In this document: positions 1 through 12,017 of the stretch, in pieces
Layout of the letters: the number at the start of each line of letters is the position of its first letter
Numbering within the stretch: the stretch's first letter is position 1
Notes under the pieces: generated by a model
Told to the model about the DNA's origin: nothing
Database searches by the model: none
What the model saw: the letters and a program-made list of their open reading frames with translations, nothing else
Position numbers and translations under genes: made by a program
Assembly (NCBI GenBank): GCA_963666485.2
Contig: CAXXUO010000005.1
Coordinates: forward strand, 1-18,484
Direction of reading: 5' to 3'
DNA from: Syntrophorhabdaceae bacterium
GTDB lineage: Bacteria; Desulfobacterota; Syntrophorhabdia; Syntrophorhabdales; Syntrophorhabdaceae
DNA length: 18,484 nt

Positions 1-2
1 CG

Positions 3-3000
3 CGCAATTTTAAAGGCAATATCAGCAAGGGAAAGGAGCTCAAGACCCCCGTTGCATTCATAGGCGGAGTCGCCGCCAATGCAGGTATGAGAAAGGCCAT
101 CAAGGATGTCTTCGAGCTGAGTGACAATACATTTTTCGTCCCGGAGAATTATACATCGATAGGAGCGGCAGGGGCCGTCTTCGCGGTCATGGAAGATCCT
201 GCCTTGAAGGTCCCGTTTGCCGGCCTTGAAAAACTCGATGCCTACCTCAATGAAGAGAGTGACGAACCCACGCATGAGCCCCTTGCCATCTCTGAAAGGA
301 ACATGAATGTCGCTTACGACATGAAATCCGTCACGGAAAAGACCCCGGTCTACCTCGGGGTCGATGTCGGGTCCATCAGCACAAACCTCGTGATCATCGA
401 TGAAGCGAAGAATGTGCTCGCGAAGAGATATCTCATGACGGAAGGCAGGCCGCTGGAAGCAGTCAAGAGAGGGCTTGCCGAGATAGGCGACGAGATCGGC
501 GACAGGGTTGAGATCATCGGTGCCGGCACGACCGGTTCCGGGCGGTATCTCACGGCCGACTTCCTGGGGGCCGACATAGTCCGCAACGAGATAACGGCGC
601 AGGCGCAGGCGGCGATATCCATCGATCCTTCGGTCGACACGATCTTCGAGATCGGCGGCCAGGATTCCAAGTATATCAGCATAGACAACGGGGTCATCGT
701 CGATTTCGAAATGAACAAGGCGTGCGCCGCGGGCACAGGGTCTTTTCTCGAGGAACAGGCGGAAAGGCTCGACATATCGATAAAGGAAGAGTTCGGGAAA
801 CTGGCGCTGAAGTCAAAGAAGCCCGTCAAGATGGGGGAGCGCTGCACCGTCTTCATAGAGTCCGACGTTATCCACCAGCAGCAGAGGGGCGCGGGACCGT
901 GAAGATATCGTGAGCGGGCTGGCATACTCGATAGTCCAGAATTACCTGAACAAGGTCGTCGTCGACCGCCGTGTCGGGAAAAGGATATTCTTCCAGGGCG
1001 GCACCGCCTTCAATAAAGGCGTCGTGGCGGCCTTCGAAAAGGTTGTCGGGTCGCCGATCACCGTTCCTCCCCACCATGACGTGACGGGTGCCATCGGGGT
1101 CGCGATCCTCGCCATGAAAGAAAGGACGTGGGACAAGAGCGGCTTCAAGGGATTCGACCTCAGCAAGAGGCCGTACACAGTGGACACATTCGAGTGCAAG
1201 GGGTGCGAGAACCTCTGCGAGATACGCAGGGTCACCGTCGAGAACGAGGCGCCGCTCTATTACGGGAGCAGGTGCGAAAAATATGATGTCGTCCGCAAGG
1301 GCGCCAAAAAAGAGATGACGGACCTTTTTGCACAGCGCGAACAGCTCCTCAACGAGATCTACAACAAGAACGGCGGGAAATATACGGTCGGCATACCGAA
1401 GGTCCTCCACATGCATGAGCTCCTGCCATTCTGGAAGACCTTCCTCACCGAGCTCGGTTTCAATGTGGTCGTGTCCGACATGACGAACAAGAAGACCGTG
1501 CGGGACGGCGTCGAGAATATCATTGTCGAGAGCTGCTTCCCGATAAAGCTTGCGCACGGCCACGTGATGAACCTCATACAGAAGGACGTCCGCAATATAT
1601 TTCTGCCCAGCATTATCAGCCTCAAGAAGCCCTCACGACATGCAAGGAACGCCTTTGCGTGCCCGTACGCCCAGTCCCTTCCCTATACGATAAAAGGTTC
1701 GATAGATTTCGACCATAAAGGGGCGAAGGTGTTCACCCCCATAATCAAGTTCAGCGAAGGGAACGAAGAGGTCCTCGCCGATCTTGCGGAGCATTTGAAA
1801 CCGTACAGAATATCGAAGAAGAGGGTGAAGGACGCATTTGAGAAAGCGGGCCGGGTCCAGGATTCATTCTATAGTGGCCTGACGCAGATGGGAAACGATT
1901 TCCTGCGTTCGGTCAAGAGCGACGAAAAGGTCATGGTAATAATCGGCAGGCCCTATAACAGCGCAGATGCCGGCGCGAACCTGAACATCCACAAGAAGCT
2001 GCTCAGCCTCGGCGTTCAGGCGATACCCATGGACATGCTGCCCGTCAACGAGATGATCGAAGACCCTGTCGATCTCGAACAGATGTACTGGGGGTACGGG
2101 CAGAAGATACTCAAGGCTGCACGCGCCGTAAAGAACAACAGAAACCTGTACGGCATTTACGTGACGAGCTTTGGCTGCGGCCCCGATTCGTTCATATCCC
2201 ATTTCTTCAAGAAGATAATGGGGAACAAGCCGTACCTCCAGCTCGAGATAGACGAGCACAGCGCCGATGCAGGCATCGTCACACGGCTCGAAGCGTTCCT
2301 TGACAGCATTAACAACGCCAAATTCGACGAGCACATTCCCGAGCGGGAGCATGTGCCGTTCGAGATGAACGGCAAGCGCAGGAAGCTCTATGTCCCTTAT
2401 ATGTGCGACCACGCGCATACCCTCGCGGCAGCCTTCCGGGGATGCGGGGTAGATGCGGAGGTCATACAGGAATCGACCGAGGAGACCGTTCTCATCGGGC
2501 GGCGCTTCACATCAGGCAAGGAATGCTACCCCTGTATCCTGACGACGGGAGACATGCTCCGGATCGTCCGCAGGCCCGATTTCGATGCCGAAAAGAGCGC
2601 CTTTTTCATGCCGTCCGGCGAGGGCCCGTGCCGTTTCGGGCAATACAACCGTTTCCACAGGATGGTCCTCGATGAGGAAGGCTTCGAGAGCGTCCCGATA
2701 TACGCACCGAACCAGGATCACCAGTTCTACAAGAACCTGAATATCGTCGGAGGCAAGTTCAAGCGCCTCGGCTGGCGTGCGGTGGTCGCGGCGGACCTCC
2801 TGATGAAGATCCTGCTCGAGATGCGGCCCTATGAAAAAATACGGGGCGAGGCTGACAGGGTATACGCTGAATCGCTCAAACAGGTATGCGAGTGCATAGA
2901 AAGGGGCGCACAGGACATCGATCAGGTTCTGAAAGATGTGCTTGGCAAATTCTCATCGATCGAACGCATACAGGAAAAAAGACCGATAATAGGCCTCGTC

Positions 3001-3555
3001 GGCGAAATTTACATACGCACGAACAGGTTCAGCAACGCCGAGCTCATACGGACCGTGGAAGACCTGGGAGGGGAGGTGTGGCTTGCCCCCGTGTCGGAAT
3101 GGATATCCTACGTGAATTACACGGGGAAAAGGAAAAGCAAGAAGAGGGACAGTCTCTTCGGGGTTGTCGATTTCCTGATAACCGAGTATATACAGAATAA
3201 GGACGAGCATCTGATGGAAGATATCTTCGTGCCTTTCATAAAGTATGGCCACGAGCCCAAGATAAAAGATATCCTGAAAAAGGCGAGCCCTTATATACAC
3301 GACAGCTTTGAAGGCGAGGCGGTGCTTACCGTCGGCAAGAGCGTCGATTTCGCGCACAAAGGGGTTTCGGGCATTATCAATGCAATGCCGTTCACCTGCA
3401 TGCCCGGTACGATTTCGAGCGCGATCATGCGTCTCATACAGAAGAACCATGACATACCCGTCATCAATGTCGCGTATGACGGGCAGGGCAACACGAACAT
3501 CCTGACACGGCTCGAAGCTTTCATGCACCAGGTTAAGGAGCACACCAGGACGTAA
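3..3555 (+). CDS. Acyl-CoA dehydratase activase-family multidomain protein (BcrAD/BadFG-type ASKHA ATPase plus DUF2229-like C-terminal region); 5' end outside the window; apparent +1 frameshift at 893-895
   Basis: The frame is open from position 3 (RNFKGNISKGKELKTPVAFIGGVAANAG...). It has the motifs GVDVGSISTN, TGSGR, EIGGQDSK, MNKACAAGTGSFLEEQA and CTVF, continuing in the 910..3555 frame with FQGGTAFN, CKGCENLC, ESCFPIK, SFGCGPD, GKECYP, GPCRFGQY and PFTCMP. Removing one G from GGG at 893-895 gives the continuous QQRGADREDIVSGLAYSIV. Confidence 0.88.
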
Positions 3556-4857
3556 ATGATCAACCCCTTGATCGATATAGCGATAATTGTCGTCCTTCTT
3601 ATCCTCAATGCCATCTTTTCGGCAGCCGAGACGGCGATCATCGCCTCCCGTAAAAGCAAGATCAAGGAGCTCCAGAAGAAAAGGCAGGACAAGAAGATCG
3701 AGATCCTCCTCGGTATGAAGGAGAACCCGGAGCGTTTTCTTTCGACGGTCCAGATCGGCATTACCCTTTTCGGCACGCTCGCATCCGCCATAAGCGGCGT
3801 CATGGCCACAAAATACCTGATGCCCTACATAGGCCGGGTTGAATTTTTAAAACCCCTTTCGGAAACGATCTCCGTCGCTATCGTCGTCATTATCCTGACA
3901 TACCTCTTTATCGTCTTTGGGGAGCTCGTCCCGAAATACGTCGGCCTCCATTATAAAGAAAAGGCGGCACTGGGACTTTTGCCGCTGTTTAATTTCGTGG
4001 CCCGCATCTTTTCCGTTTTCGTAAATTTCCTGTCCGTCACTACCCTGTTCTTCGTCAAGGCGCTGGGCTTAAGCAAAGGGGAGGAGCACATAGGGGAGGG
4101 TGAGATAAAGATCCTCCTCGAAGAGGGCAGGCGCAAGGGTGTCTTCGACAAGACAGAGGAGGAACTGATAAACAGGGTCTTCCGCTTCAGCGACCGCTCC
4201 GTGCGCGAGGTCATGGTCCCGCGGCCCAACGTCTATGCCATCGACGCGGATGAGAGCAAGGAAAAGATCCTTTCATACATCATTGAAAATGAATTTTCAC
4301 GGTACCCGGTGTACCGGGAAAGCATGGACAACGTCGTCGGTTTTGTCTACCAGAAGGACATATCCCGCCAGATATGGAGGGACCAGGAGTCGTTCCAGCT
4401 GGAGCGGCTTATGAAACGCCCCTTCTTCGTCCCTGCGACCATGGAGGTCAGCGTCCTCCTGAAAGAGATGCAGCGCACGCGCCTCCATCTCGCCGTCGTG
4501 ATCGACGAATACGGGACAATGGTCGGCATCATTACCCTCGAAGACATCATGGAGGAGATCTTCGGCGAGATCCTCGACGAAACCGATGTCGAGGACAAGA
4601 TTGAGCGCCACCGCGACGGTTCTTACCTTATCGATGCATCCTACTCGATACGCGACTTAAATAGCAGGCTCGACCTTGACCTGCCCGAATCCCCCGACTA
4701 CGAGACCCTCGGGGGGTTCATCACCACGCAGCTGCAGGGAATCGCAAAAGGCGGTGAGGTCATATACTTCGGCCGCTACCGCTTCACGGTAGTGGATGTA
4801 GATGCACGTCGCATTGTCAAAGTGAAGTTTGAAAGATTAGCAAGGACCAGAACTTAA
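3556..4857 (+). CDS. Hemolysin-family/CNNM-type membrane protein (DUF21 transmembrane region, CBS pair, CorC-HlyC domain)
   Basis: 433 aa. It has FSAAETA, STVQIGIT, VFGELVPK, VREVMVPR, FSRYPVY, AVVIDEYG..GIITLEDIMEEIFGEI and DYETLGGF. The ATG follows directly on the upstream TAA. Confidence 0.92.
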   Translation: MINPLIDIAIIVVLLILNAIFSAAETAIIASRKSKIKELQKKRQDKKIEILLGMKENPERFLSTVQIGITLFGTLASAISGVMATKYLMPYIGRVEFLKPLSETISVAIVVIILTYLFIVFGELVPKYVGLHYKEKAALGLLPLFNFVARIFSVFVNFLSVTTLFFVKALGLSKGEEHIGEGEIKILLEEGRRKGVFDKTEEELINRVFRFSDRSVREVMVPRPNVYAIDADESKEKILSYIIENEFSRYPVYRESMDNVVGFVYQKDISRQIWRDQESFQLERLMKRPFFVPATMEVSVLLKEMQRTRLHLAVVIDEYGTMVGIITLEDIMEEIFGEILDETDVEDKIERHRDGSYLIDASYSIRDLNSRLDLDLPESPDYETLGGFITTQLQGIAKGGEVIYFGRYRFTVVDVDARRIVKVKFERLARTRT

Positions 4858-4862
4858 AATCG

Positions 4863-4883
4863 GTTCCACGTTCCAGGTTCCAC
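4863..4883. repeat. Heptamer tandem repeat GTTCCAC/GTTCCAG x3
   Basis: gttccac-gttccag-gttccac, just after the stop codon at 4857. Confidence 0.6.
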
Positions 4884-4912
4884 GCAATTCGAACCAATCC
4901 CAACAACTCCCA

Positions 4913-4942
4913 CCGTCATCCCGGCCGAAGAGCCGGGATCCA
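4913..4942 (+). repeat. REP-like palindrome, copy 1 (GTCATCCCGG...CCGGGATCCA type)
   Basis: ccgtcatcccggccgaagagccgggatcca with the stem ATCCCGGC (4918-4925)/GCCGGGAT (4932-4939). It is an inverted homologue of 6188..6216. Confidence 0.8.
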
Positions 4943-4957
4943 AGCAACTGTGTTCGA

Positions 4958-4963
4958 TGTCAA
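4958..4963 (-). promoter_or_regulatory. Outward-facing -35 box (TTGACA) in the IS110 right end
   Basis: Perfect TTGACA followed by 15 nt up to and including the CT core. Confidence 0.75.
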
Positions 4964-4975
4964 CTGATTTCTTCT

Positions 4976-6226
<1,251 letters not shown>

Positions 6227-6251
6227 TTATTTTGAGGGGCTTTCGTCCGCT

Positions 6252-7610
6252 TTAAAATATTACCTGTCTCACCGGGCAGCAGAGGAAGTTGTCGGTCTTT
6301 TCCTTTTCTTTTTCGAATCCCGGTTTCCCCATCATTGCTTTTGCGTAGATCTTGCCCTGCTCGACGCCGGGCTGATCGAAGGCGTTGATGCCGAGGAGAT
6401 TTCCCATGAAGGCGATGACCATCTCGAAAAGGTAGAAGAGGGCGCCGACGTTGTAGTCGCTTACCTCATCGAGCGTGATGGCAATATTGGGCGTGCCGGC
6501 ATCCGTAAGCGACATGCGCGTCCCCTGGAACTCGGCATGGAAAAGGTCCTTCATATTTTTGTTGGCAAGATACGCGACATCCTCGAGGTAGCTGAAGCTG
6601 TCGGGTATCGGCACTTCACTCGTCGCGCTGTAAAGGAGCATGACGCATTTGTCCTTCGGCCCTTCGACATAAAGCTGCAGCTGTGAATGCTGGTCGGTGA
6701 CGCCCACGGATTTGGCTGGCGTCGGGCCAACGCCCTTCTTACCGAGGCTTTCCGCTTCGAGCTGCCTGAACCAGTTCGCAAACGCGGCCAGGCGTTCGCA
6801 GTAGGGCATCATGACGTGGACCGGCTTGCCGTTCTTATACATGAGGTAGAGTATCGCGGCAAGAACGAAGGCCATGTTCTCATCCCCGTCGTACCTGACG
6901 ATATGCGCCGCCATCCCGGCTGCGCCGTCGGCCAGTTTCTTTATGTTGATCCCCATGAGGGCTGACGGGAAAAGACCGACCGGGGTCAGGACCGAGAACC
7001 TGCCGCCGATGCCCGGCGGAAGGTTAAGGACCGGGTAGCCCTCCTTCCCGGCGATCTTGTTGAGGAGCCCCGTTTCGATATCTGTTATCAGGACTATCCT
7101 GTCTTTATACCCGTCCGATTTCTTCATGAACTCATTGAAGAGCATGAACTGGGAGATGGTCTCGGGCGTCTCCCCCGACTTGCTGATCACGACGAGCAGC
7201 GTGCGATCGATATCCGGCAGGACCGTTTCGACGACTGCCGTCATCTTGTGCGGATCAATGTTGTCGAGGATGAAATAACGCGGTTTCCCGTTGCGGAACT
7301 GTTCTTCCTGGTTATGGAAAGGATGGAGCAAAGCTTCGAAGATCGTCTGCGTGCCGAGTGATGACCCGCCTATCCCGAGGATGACAAGGTTCTTGATATT
7401 CATTTTCGAGATCTTGTCGGCGAGATCGTACATCTCTTTGACCTGGAACGGCGTCGAAGGAAGGGTCATGAACGGAAAAGGCTTCGTTAGGAGCCTCGTG
7501 TAATATTCGCTGATCTTGCCGAGGGTCAGCCTGAAGTCGTTCTCCTCGATGCCATTCTGGCCAACGGCTGCGGCAAGGGCGTTGGACAGGTCCATCGTTA
7601 TTGTCTTCAT
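6252..7610 (-). CDS. pgi: Glucose-6-phosphate isomerase
   Basis: 452 aa with GIGGSSLG, ISKSGETPET, IGGRFSVLTPVGL, QLEAESLGK, DQHSQLQLY and FDQPGVEQGK. Confidence 0.95.
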   Translation of the reverse strand: MKTITMDLSNALAAAVGQNGIEENDFRLTLGKISEYYTRLLTKPFPFMTLPSTPFQVKEMYDLADKISKMNIKNLVILGIGGSSLGTQTIFEALLHPFHNQEEQFRNGKPRYFILDNIDPHKMTAVVETVLPDIDRTLLVVISKSGETPETISQFMLFNEFMKKSDGYKDRIVLITDIETGLLNKIAGKEGYPVLNLPPGIGGRFSVLTPVGLFPSALMGINIKKLADGAAGMAAHIVRYDGDENMAFVLAAILYLMYKNGKPVHVMMPYCERLAAFANWFRQLEAESLGKKGVGPTPAKSVGVTDQHSQLQLYVEGPKDKCVMLLYSATSEVPIPDSFSYLEDVAYLANKNMKDLFHAEFQGTRMSLTDAGTPNIAITLDEVSDYNVGALFYLFEMVIAFMGNLLGINAFDQPGVEQGKIYAKAMMGKPGFEKEKEKTDNFLCCPVRQVIF

Positions 7611-8569
7611 CGCCTTTTTTCCTCGAATACACCCATGTTGCGGAATTTTTCGTAGCGCATGGCTTTTAGCTTGTCAGGTTCGAGGCCTATCAGTTCGTTG
7701 AGATGTTTTGCAATGACAGACCGCGTGTTGTCGAATGTTTCCTGCCAGTCCCTGTGTGCGCCCCCGAACGGTTCGTGGACCACGTCGTCGGCAACCTTGA
7801 GGTTGAGCAGGTCGCGCGCCGTCGGCTTTAAGGCATCCGCGGCAAGGTGGCCTTTCGAGCCGTCCCTCCAGAGGATCGCCGCGCACCCCTCGGGGGATAT
7901 CACCGAGTATGTTGCGTTCTCGAGCATGAGCAGCCGGTTGCCGACGCCGATCGCGAGGGCGCCGCCGCTTCCCCCCTCCCCGATAACAACGGAGATGATG
8001 GGGACGCCGAGGGAGAACATGAAAAATATGCTCGATGCTATCGCTTCCGCCTGTCCGCGCTCTTCGGCGCCGACCCCGGGGAAAGCGCCGGGTGTGTCGA
8101 TGAACGTGATGATCGGTTTTCCCCAGCGGGCCGCCATTTCCATAACGCGCATCGACTTGCGGTACCCGTCGGGATGCGCCATCCCGAAATTCCTGTGGGC
8201 CATTTCACGGACATCCTTGCCTTTCTGATGACCGACCACGGCGACATTTATTCCCTCGAACCGGGCGAAGCCCGCGATCAGGGCCGCATCGTCCTTGAAT
8301 TTCCGGTCGCCGTGGAGTTCCACGAAGTCCTTGAAGATGGCATTGACATAATCGAGCGTGTGGGGCCTGTTGAGGTGGCGGGACAGCTGCGAGCGCTGCC
8401 AGTTGGAGAGCTCCGCGTATGTTTCTTTTTCGAGCTTCGCAATCTTCTTGCGCAGCGCAGACAGCTCTTTTGCATAATACGGATCGTTCTCGTCATAGAA
8501 ACGCTCTATTTCAAAGATCCGTCTTTCAAGCGGTTCAAGCTTTTTTTCAAAATCAAGGTAATATCTCAT
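7607..8569 (-). CDS. accA: Acetyl-CoA carboxylase carboxyltransferase alpha subunit
   Basis: 320 aa with YLDFEK, RPHTLDY, ELHGDR, NFGMAHPDGYRK, IDTPGAFPG, GEGGSGGALA and YSVISPEGCAAILW. It overlaps pgi by 4 bp. Confidence 0.97.
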   Translation of the reverse strand: MRYYLDFEKKLEPLERRIFEIERFYDENDPYYAKELSALRKKIAKLEKETYAELSNWQRSQLSRHLNRPHTLDYVNAIFKDFVELHGDRKFKDDAALIAGFARFEGINVAVVGHQKGKDVREMAHRNFGMAHPDGYRKSMRVMEMAARWGKPIITFIDTPGAFPGVGAEERGQAEAIASSIFFMFSLGVPIISVVIGEGGSGGALAIGVGNRLLMLENATYSVISPEGCAAILWRDGSKGHLAADALKPTARDLLNLKVADDVVHEPFGGAHRDWQETFDNTRSVIAKHLNELIGLEPDKLKAMRYEKFRNMGVFEEKRR

Positions 8570-11500
8570 CGATGACCTCTACGTCTATGCCTTTTTTAAA
8601 GTGTTTCAATATAACATCTTTTTTCTTCGGGTCAATCCTAATATTTTTGACCGGAACCGTTTGCTTTTCGCCGTTGAGCCGGAATTCGAGCATCACGGCG
8701 GACCTTCCCCGGGTGCTGACGAGGATGTCCTTGAGCACCCGCAGCTGGTCCTTCCTGATGACCTCGCAGTGGACCGTTATCTTGACGATTTTCAATAATT
8801 CGCCTGTAAGGGATTCGAGCAGTGCGACACCCTTTGCCTTGATCTTCGCCGAACTCTCGTCGGACCTCTCCAGCGAGCCTGACACCATGAGCGGCTTGCC
8901 GCTCTGGATCGTCGCGTATTGCTTGCCGTAGAGGTCGGGAAAGAATATGACCTCCACGATCCCCTTCGTATCCTCGAGGTTGACGTACGCCATCCTGTCC
9001 CCGCGCCGCGTCACTATCTCGCGCAGGCTGCTCACGATCCCGGCGATGTCGACGTCTTCCAGGTTGTCTGCTTCCTTCAAGGTCTGGCTGTCGTATGGGG
9101 TAAGCTCAGCGATCAACGTCTCATATGGTTTCAGGGGATGCTTGCTGAAGTAAAAACCGAGGGCCTCTTTTTCGCCGCTGAGGATCTCATCGTGCGCGAG
9201 TTCGTCCATGGCGGGGATATCGAACGACATGGTCGTCTCTTCCACATCGCTTTCGCCGAATATGCTGCCCTGTTTCAGGTTCGCCTTCGTGTCGCGTTTC
9301 GTGAGCTTATCGAGCATCTCCTGCGCAAGAAAGAGCACCTGCGAACGTTTCAGGTTGAGACTGTCGAAGCACCCGGCATATGCCAGGCTCTCGATGACCT
9401 TCTTGTTGACCTTGCGTGAATCGATGATACTGCAGAAGTGTGTGAACGACTTGAACCCGTCGGCCTCTTCCCGGGCCTGTATGATGCTGTCTATGGCCGC
9501 TTCGCCGACATTGCGGATACCCGCGAGACCGTACCGTATCTTCCCGTTGACGATCGTGAAGTCGCTCTGGCTCATGTTGACGTCGGGCGGCAGGATCTCG
9601 ATGCCGGATTCGCGGCATTCGCCGATGTATTTCACCAGCTTGTCTGTGTCCCCGACCTCGGTCGTCAGCATGGCGGCAAAGTAGTGGATCGGGTAATGCG
9701 CCTTGAGGTATGCCGTCTGGTATGCGATGTACCCGTAGGCCGTGCTGTGGGATTTATTAAAGCCATACTCACCGAAGCGCTGTATGACGTCATAGATCTT
9801 CTCGGCGACGTCCTTCGGTACGCTGTTCGCCACGGAACCGTCGACGAACTGCTGCTTGTACATCTCGAGCTGTTCCGGGATCTTCTTGCTCATCGCCTTG
9901 CGCAGGGCGTCGGCGTCCTTCATCGAGAAGCCGGCGAGCACCGAGGCGATCTTCATGATCTGTTCCTGATATATGATGACCCCGTACGTGTCGTTAAGGA
10001 TCTCCCTGAGCTTCGGTGTCTCGTACGTTACCTGGGTCGGGTCGTTCCTGCGTTTGATGAACTCGTCAACCATGCCGCTTTTCAAGGGCCCGGGGCGATA
10101 CAGTGCGATGAGCGGCATGATGTCGTCGAACTGGGACGGCTTGAGCCGCGTGAGCAGGTCGCGCATCCCGCGGCTTTCAAGCTGGAACACCCCGGACGTG
10201 TTGCCCGATGACAACAGGTCGTACGTTTTTTTATCGTCGAGCGGAAGCGAAGCGAGGTCTATGTCGATCCCTTCCTCCTTGAGGAGTTTCACGACCGTAT
10301 CCATGAGTGTGAGCGTTTCGAGGCCGAGAAAGTCGATCTTGATAAGGCCGATCTTCTCGATCATCTTCATGTCGTACTGCGTGACGGTTTCCTCGTGTTT
10401 CCCTCTGTAGAGGGGAAGGTATTCCGACAGGTGCTTGTTCGCGATGACGATCCCTGCGGCGTGTGTCGATGCATGGCGCGCAAGGCCCTCGACAACGGAC
10501 GCATTGTCGAGCAGCTCCCTGACCCGCTCGTCGGTCTCATAGAGCTCACGGATCTGGGGCTCTTCGTTTATGGCACGTTCTATCCCCCGCTCATCTGTCG
10601 TTATGAGCTTGGCGATCTTGTCGACCTCGGCGTACGGTATCCCGAGCGCACGCCCGATGTCACGCACGGCGGCCTTGGATTTCATGGTCCCGAACGTAAT
10701 GATCTGGGCGACATTGTCCTTGCCGTATTTGTCGGTTACGTACTGGATGACCTCATCACGCCCTTTCCGGCAAAAATCAACGTCGATGTCCGGCATGCTG
10801 ATGCGTTCGGGGTTTAAGAACCTTTCGAAAATAAGGTCGTATTTGATCGGCTCAATATCGGTGATCCCGAGGCAGTATGCGATGAGGCTCCCCGCTGCCG
10901 AGCCCCTGCCCGGTCCCACGGGGATGCCATGGGTCTTGGCATAGTTGATGAAGTCTGCCACGATGAGGAAATACCCCGAGAAACCGGTGTTCTTGATGAC
11001 GCCCATTTCGTAATTGAAACGGTCTTCGTACTTTTTTTGCAGGTCTTCGCCGAAGGATTCGTAGCGCGACCGTATCTCGGGCATCCTCTTGTTGAACCCG
11101 TCCCGCGACAGCTCTTCGAAATACTCGTTGAGGTCCATCTCCGCAGGCGGGTGGAACTCGGGAAAATGATAGGTCTTCATGTCGATCTCGACGTTGCACA
11201 TCTCCGCGATGCGCATCGTGTTCGACAGGGCCTCGGGGTAACGGGAGAAGGCGAGCGCGATCTCCTCGGGGGATTTAAAATAGAACTGGTCGCTCGAGAA
11301 GGTAAGGCGGTCCTTGTCGTTGACCGTTTTCCCCGTCTGGATGCACAGAAGAAGCTCGTGCGCCTTCGACTCTTCGCGGCGCAGGTAGTGACAATCGTTC
11401 GTCGCCACGATCGGTACATTGTAATAGGAAGAAAGCTCGATGAGGCGCTCGTTGACGATCTTCTGCTCGTCGAGCCCGTTGTCCTGCAGTTCGAAGAACA

Positions 11501-12011
11501 GCCGGTCCCCGAAAAGGCCGAGGTAATAATCAATGTTTTTGCGGACGAGCGCGTCGTCGCCCCGCAGGATCGAATTCGGTATCTCGCCTTTTATGCAGGC
11601 GGTCAGGCAGATGAGGCCTTCATTATATTGGGTCAGTATTTCGCGGTCGATCCGCGGCTGGTAGTAGAACCCTTCGAGATGGGCAAGGCTTATGAGCTTC
11701 AGGAGGTTCTGGTACCCGGTATTGTTCATGGCGAGGAGGACCACGTGATAGGCAATGTCCTCGCCCTTGACCCTCTTCTGCTCATGACGCGACCGCGGCG
11801 CGATGTAGGCCTCGCACCCGATGATGGGCTTGATGTTCTTCTGGCCCGCTTCAAGATAGAACTGGGCCGCGCCGAACATGTTGCCATGGTCCGTTATGGC
11901 GCAGGCGGGCATCTTGAACTCATTCACCGCGTTGAAGAGGCGGTCGAACCGGATGGCCCCGTCAAGAAGGCTGTACTGCGTATGGAGATGCAGGTGAACG
12001 AAATCGGGCAC
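8553..12011 (-). CDS. dnaE: DNA polymerase III alpha subunit
   Basis: 1152 aa with a GTG start. It has the PHP motif FVHLHLHTQYSLLDG, plus GPGRGSAAGS, FERFLNPERISMPDIDVDF, KIDFLGL, YGFNKSHS and a C-terminal OB-fold-like region. No intein-sized insertion is evident. Confidence 0.97.
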   Translation of the reverse strand: MPDFVHLHLHTQYSLLDGAIRFDRLFNAVNEFKMPACAITDHGNMFGAAQFYLEAGQKNIKPIIGCEAYIAPRSRHEQKRVKGEDIAYHVVLLAMNNTGYQNLLKLISLAHLEGFYYQPRIDREILTQYNEGLICLTACIKGEIPNSILRGDDALVRKNIDYYLGLFGDRLFFELQDNGLDEQKIVNERLIELSSYYNVPIVATNDCHYLRREESKAHELLLCIQTGKTVNDKDRLTFSSDQFYFKSPEEIALAFSRYPEALSNTMRIAEMCNVEIDMKTYHFPEFHPPAEMDLNEYFEELSRDGFNKRMPEIRSRYESFGEDLQKKYEDRFNYEMGVIKNTGFSGYFLIVADFINYAKTHGIPVGPGRGSAAGSLIAYCLGITDIEPIKYDLIFERFLNPERISMPDIDVDFCRKGRDEVIQYVTDKYGKDNVAQIITFGTMKSKAAVRDIGRALGIPYAEVDKIAKLITTDERGIERAINEEPQIRELYETDERVRELLDNASVVEGLARHASTHAAGIVIANKHLSEYLPLYRGKHEETVTQYDMKMIEKIGLIKIDFLGLETLTLMDTVVKLLKEEGIDIDLASLPLDDKKTYDLLSSGNTSGVFQLESRGMRDLLTRLKPSQFDDIMPLIALYRPGPLKSGMVDEFIKRRNDPTQVTYETPKLREILNDTYGVIIYQEQIMKIASVLAGFSMKDADALRKAMSKKIPEQLEMYKQQFVDGSVANSVPKDVAEKIYDVIQRFGEYGFNKSHSTAYGYIAYQTAYLKAHYPIHYFAAMLTTEVGDTDKLVKYIGECRESGIEILPPDVNMSQSDFTIVNGKIRYGLAGIRNVGEAAIDSIIQAREEADGFKSFTHFCSIIDSRKVNKKVIESLAYAGCFDSLNLKRSQVLFLAQEMLDKLTKRDTKANLKQGSIFGESDVEETTMSFDIPAMDELAHDEILSGEKEALGFYFSKHPLKPYETLIAELTPYDSQTLKEADNLEDVDIAGIVSSLREIVTRRGDRMAYVNLEDTKGIVEVIFFPDLYGKQYATIQSGKPLMVSGSLERSDESSAKIKAKGVALLESLTGELLKIVKITVHCEVIRKDQLRVLKDILVSTRGRSAVMLEFRLNGEKQTVPVKNIRIDPKKKDVILKHFKKGIDVEVIDEILP

Positions 12012-12017
12012 TGAAGA

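Noticed and set aside
8553..12011. Intein or split in dnaE
   Set aside because: The length of 1152 aa is ordinary, the motifs are colinear and no splice-junction motifs are evident.
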